From: Anolis carolinensis
Taxonomy: Eukaryota
Direction: 5' to 3'
Assembly (NCBI RefSeq): GCF_035594765.1
Contig: NW_026943821.1
Span: 22,005,791-22,069,790, forward strand
Length of the DNA stretch: 64,000 bases
Translations under genes and position numbers: made by a program
Notes under the pieces: model-generated
Told to the model about the DNA's origin: nothing
What the model saw: only the letters and a program-made list of their open reading frames with translations
Database searches by the model: none
In this document: positions 59,901-64,000 of the stretch, in pieces
How the letters are laid out: each line of letters opens with the position of its first letter
Position numbering within the stretch: the stretch's first letter is position 1

Positions 59901-62514
59901 TGCACCTTTCCCAGCCTTTAGTAGATAACTAATGCTGATTTTTCCTGTTAGTCTCAACATAGTCTCACTGTTGTCTATAAGAGCAAAGTGTCATGCAGAA
60001 GAGGTCATTCTTAAATGAAAAAGAAGAGGCAATGCAGTATCCTTGATTCTGGGAGACCAAGATCCTAATCACCACGTCTCTTTGGGGACCTTGAGCAAGT
60101 CACACTCTCTCAACCTGAGAAGAAAACAAAGGCAAATCCCCTCTGAACAAATACTGCCAAGAAAATCCCACTTCACAACAACATCATGTTGAATCCCACG
60201 AGAAAGACAGGATATTAAATGAATAAATAAATAATACTAAAAAGAAGTTTTGCTGTTAAGGAGTTCTCTTCCATTCATAAGCTACAATGAAAATAATGCT
60301 GCAAGCTGCATTCCGGACATTTTGTGGGTATACTTTTCCCTCTCCCCAAAATAACTCCTGAAACTGATATCCCATTTTAGGCAATGGGAATGGATTTATA
60401 TCTCTCCACGTCAGTTTTCGCAATTTGCAAAACTTTTGCTCTTCCATTTTTCCTCTGCATTCAAGCCACATATTGGGCAGGTGTCATAACAAGGACAACA
60501 CTGATGCCTGTCAAGCCAAAGTTTCCGCCATCAATTTTCTACTGCAAATTGAAAGTACTGGAAGAATTAAAGAAACATTTTAAAAATCAAAATTATGTTT
60601 TGACTGCTGTTCAGAGAGTGCAGAATTAAGAGCTGAGGTTTTCCTCAAAGTCTGCCTAAAAGGTAACAATAATAAACAGGCTCCATCCTAGATGAAGAGG
60701 GCTAACAGCCAACATTCAGGATTTATTGTAACGGGTCCCTGGAGATCTCTCAGACTTGTCGGGGCACATGTCCTCCTCCTCCTCCTCCTCCCCCCCTCCT
60801 CTTTTAAAGGCCAAATTTAATTTGAAGGAAACCAGAGTATTGCTCTACTGCGCTGATTAAACTGTCAGACGCCATAAAATATATTACCATCGTAATTAAA
60901 ACCGATGACACAATATGCATGCCAACTTTAAAAAGCCATGGGAAGGCAGCAACTGGTGGGGAGAACCTTTGATTCTTAAAGATAGTTGGGAAAAGCCAAA
61001 TATTCCTAATAACATTTTCTTGGCAGCTGGTTTCCATTAAATTTTGAAGCTGTGTGTATTTTTTGTTTATTTGCATTTGTCTCTTTCCTTATCCCAGACA
61101 GTGAATTAAAGTAAGCTCTTTGTAGGATTGCTCTTAGACCTAGCTCAAGCAGAACCTGAATATTGCTTCTTAAAATGTTTGCTTTGGCCAATCTCCAAGG
61201 GAACAAGAGTCACCTAAATAAGGAGAAGAAATCAGGCTACATTGAGTGGCTTTCCCCGAGTCCCCGTTGGGGAGATGGTGGCGGGGTATAAATAAAGTTT
61301 TATTATTATTATTATTATTTCCTCATACCTTCTATTTGGAGCAGTGTCCCCTTTCCATCCTCAGCCTGAAAAGATCTCAGAACAAATTACATAGAACCAT
61401 GACAAACAAGACACTTGGAACCCATGTGATCCCATTAAACCTTCTGTATACTGAAGATGAAGGACGTCTCAAAAATGATCTCAGAAGGAACAGAAGTTAA
61501 AACTAGATGATACTGAAATGCACTAATGCTTTTCGTATACCTGCTTTTCATAATTTTAAACAACAATTATGAAAGCCAGCATGCTGAGTACTAGACTATG
61601 ACTCTAGAGACATGGTACAAATGGAAACCCACTGGGTGACTTCCTTGAGCAAGAGTCACTCTCTCTCAGCCTGAGAGGAAAACAAATGCAACACCTCTTT
61701 GAACAAATCTTGTAAAGAAACCCCAATTTGCCATAGGCTTACCATAAATCGAAGACATACAACAAAAAATGCAAGAGCAAGATAGGGAATGAGGATGAAG
61801 GCTACGCAATGCGGATTGTTTATGGTAATATTTTTCCTCCTATGCCCTGGTCCCAATTAAAAGTATGTTCCAAAAGCTTCTATTTGATCCAGAAGAGATG
61901 TTTGTGTCTCAGGGTGAATACAAAAATGTGAGTGTGTGTGTGTGGATGTTCATTAGGGTGAGCAACAGGAGAGGAAAGAGGAGTTATGCTCCCACTCCCG
62001 GAGTGTCAAGGCTCTAATTCTGATCTGGTTCGCTTCCTGCATCCTGCTTTTGCCATTTAGATGTTTTGAAAAGCAAAGAGTATGGGGGTATTGAATGGTA
62101 TGGAAGTGTAACAAAGAAAAATGTAAAAGGCATTTCATTTATTAGCTGGCTCTGCTCTCAGGGGACCTGAACCGGGGACTTCACAATTTGTAGATGTTGT
62201 TGTCTTAGCAACTAATTCACTCACCTCCTCCCACCTCTCAGCTTGGAAGGAAAATTAACACTAAGAGGGAAGATAAAGGGAAACAAACAAAGGATGAGGA
62301 ACAGGCAGCCAGGCAGTTTTCTACCATATAAGAAAGAGCTTTTTGCCTCTAGCTGTCTCTTTCTGTGAAAACAACCCACTGCAGGAGCTGCCCATAGAAA
62401 TGCTAGAATACAACAGGAGCCATATTCCCCCTAAACGAGCTTTCCATGTTTTAAATCTTCTGAAAAAGCACTTCGCTCTGTCTCACCACCCTTAGAGGTA
62501 TACTATATCTACAA

Positions 62515-62894
62515 AGGGAGCTGGGTGTGTTTAGCCTGCAGAAGTGAAGGTTGAGAGGAGACATTATCACTATGTTTAAATATTTGAAAGGATGTCAGAA
62601 GGAAAAGGAAGCAGGCTTGTTTTCTGCTGCTCTGGAGACTAGGATTCAATGGAGGAATGGGTTCAAAGTACAGGGAAGGAGATTCTACCTGAACCTTAGG
62701 AAGATGTTCTTGACCATATGACCTGTTCAACAGTGGAACTCTCTGCCTCGGAGTGTGATGGAAGTTCTTTCTTTGGAGGCTTTTAAAGAGAGACTGGATG
62801 GTCATCTGTCAGGGGTGCTTTGATTGTGCTTTTTCTGAGTTGGATTAAGTGATCCATGCGGACTCTTCCAACAAGAGGATTCTACTGATTCTAT
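62515..62894 (+). mobile_element. CR1 LINE 3' fragment
   Basis: ELGVFSLQK*RLRGDIITMFKYLKG... followed by the CR1 3' UTR ending ATTCTATG. Confidence 0.9.
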
Positions 62895-64000
62895 GAACAA
62901 GGAAGAGAGGGCTTTGGGGGCTCACCCAGACTCTAGAAATCGTCTTCGAAATGGGTTAAATTGGACCCTCTTTGCTATCCTTCCATAGTTAGATAGACCC
63001 TTCTACCTCAGAAGACCCTTAAGAGATTATTGTTTAAGGCAAAATGATCTTTCAAAATGTGCTGTATCTATATTGGTTGTTTTTTCTTTTCAAGTGACAT
63101 GCTTTTAACTCTTTCCAATTCGATTGACAGTTTAATTGTATCTTAATTTCTGCATGACTTTTTAAAAAGCAGTATCTGCTTTAATGTTTGCAAGTTGACG
63201 TGCCCCCGACTGGGTAAAGAGTTTGCCTTTCTATCCAAACACATGTATCCAAACACATGAACTGCAAGTCTCTCTCAAGGTTTTCAAAAACCTCTGATTG
63301 GTGGCAGTGGGGGGTAGCACATAGTGCGGACACGTGACTGCGAAGCACTCCAACAAAAAATGAAGCAGGAAGCTTCACGCTGAGCCTCTCTCTGCTCACA
63401 GAACAAAGCCAAGACTGCTTGGATGTCCCTGAAAGAACGGCTCCAGAAACAGCCCTCACGGCCACAATTGAAAGGAAACATGCTTTTCAGCACCAAATGT
63501 TGATTTAATATAAGAGCTGTGTTTCAGGGGAAGAGGCATTGTAGTGCTTTTAAAACATACTCATGTACACAAGTATGCAATCCATGGTCAAAAGAAAAAA
63601 ACAGATTATGAAACTGGGAAATGTATGTTAATCTCCATTGACTAACCTAGGACAAACAAACGAATATTAGAGTTGAACCTCGATTCCTAATCTTGGCTTT
63701 CCTAATTCTACTATTCACCACACTTTGCTCTTTCTGGTCCAAATTTCCAAACCTTTGCCAGCATCTGAGATGGAGCGTCCCTGAAATTACTAAATAACAA
63801 CAATGTTTTACCCGCAGAAATCTCCAAATGGATACCTAGGCAACTCTGCCAACCTGTTATAATCTCAGGCATGACTCATATGCCAAAGCCAGGCCACACG
63901 GAATACAGTTATTTATTTGTGACAACCTTTCTCCAAACTTTCCACTTCTGTTTTATGTTATCATAGAGATGTATCGAGCAGAAAGAAAAGTAATCAGAAG

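Overview
Vertebrate (squamate, very probably Anolis-like lizard) genomic DNA; the repeat set (Sauria SINE, Penelope-like elements, CR1, Dong/R4, Helitrons, Tc1/mariner and hAT MITEs) points to this. The main gene is KIAA0319L (AAVR, AAV receptor) on the minus strand. I traced 19 coding exons from 54233 down to the stop at 18820. All have GT-AG boundaries and compatible phases: 3206 nt, about 1068 aa, covering MANEC, a Pro/Ser/Thr linker, five PKD domains, a membrane-proximal region, an EGF-like region, the TM helix and the cytoplasmic tail. The start-codon exon could not be placed with confidence. The first ~17 kb is very repeat-dense. It holds Penelope-derived palindromes with minimal hammerhead ribozyme cores, a clean solo LTR with an open acidic reading frame, a complete non-autonomous Helitron, nested insertions and a 1.15 kb cryptic RRY triplet array. 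It also holds what look like the promoter and 5' exons of a second, unidentified minus-strand gene. Almost all ORFs in the supplied track are spurious. I found no clearly new biological system. The best leads are the ribozyme palindromes, the LTR frame, the AAV-contact substitutions in AAVR and the unidentified downstream gene.
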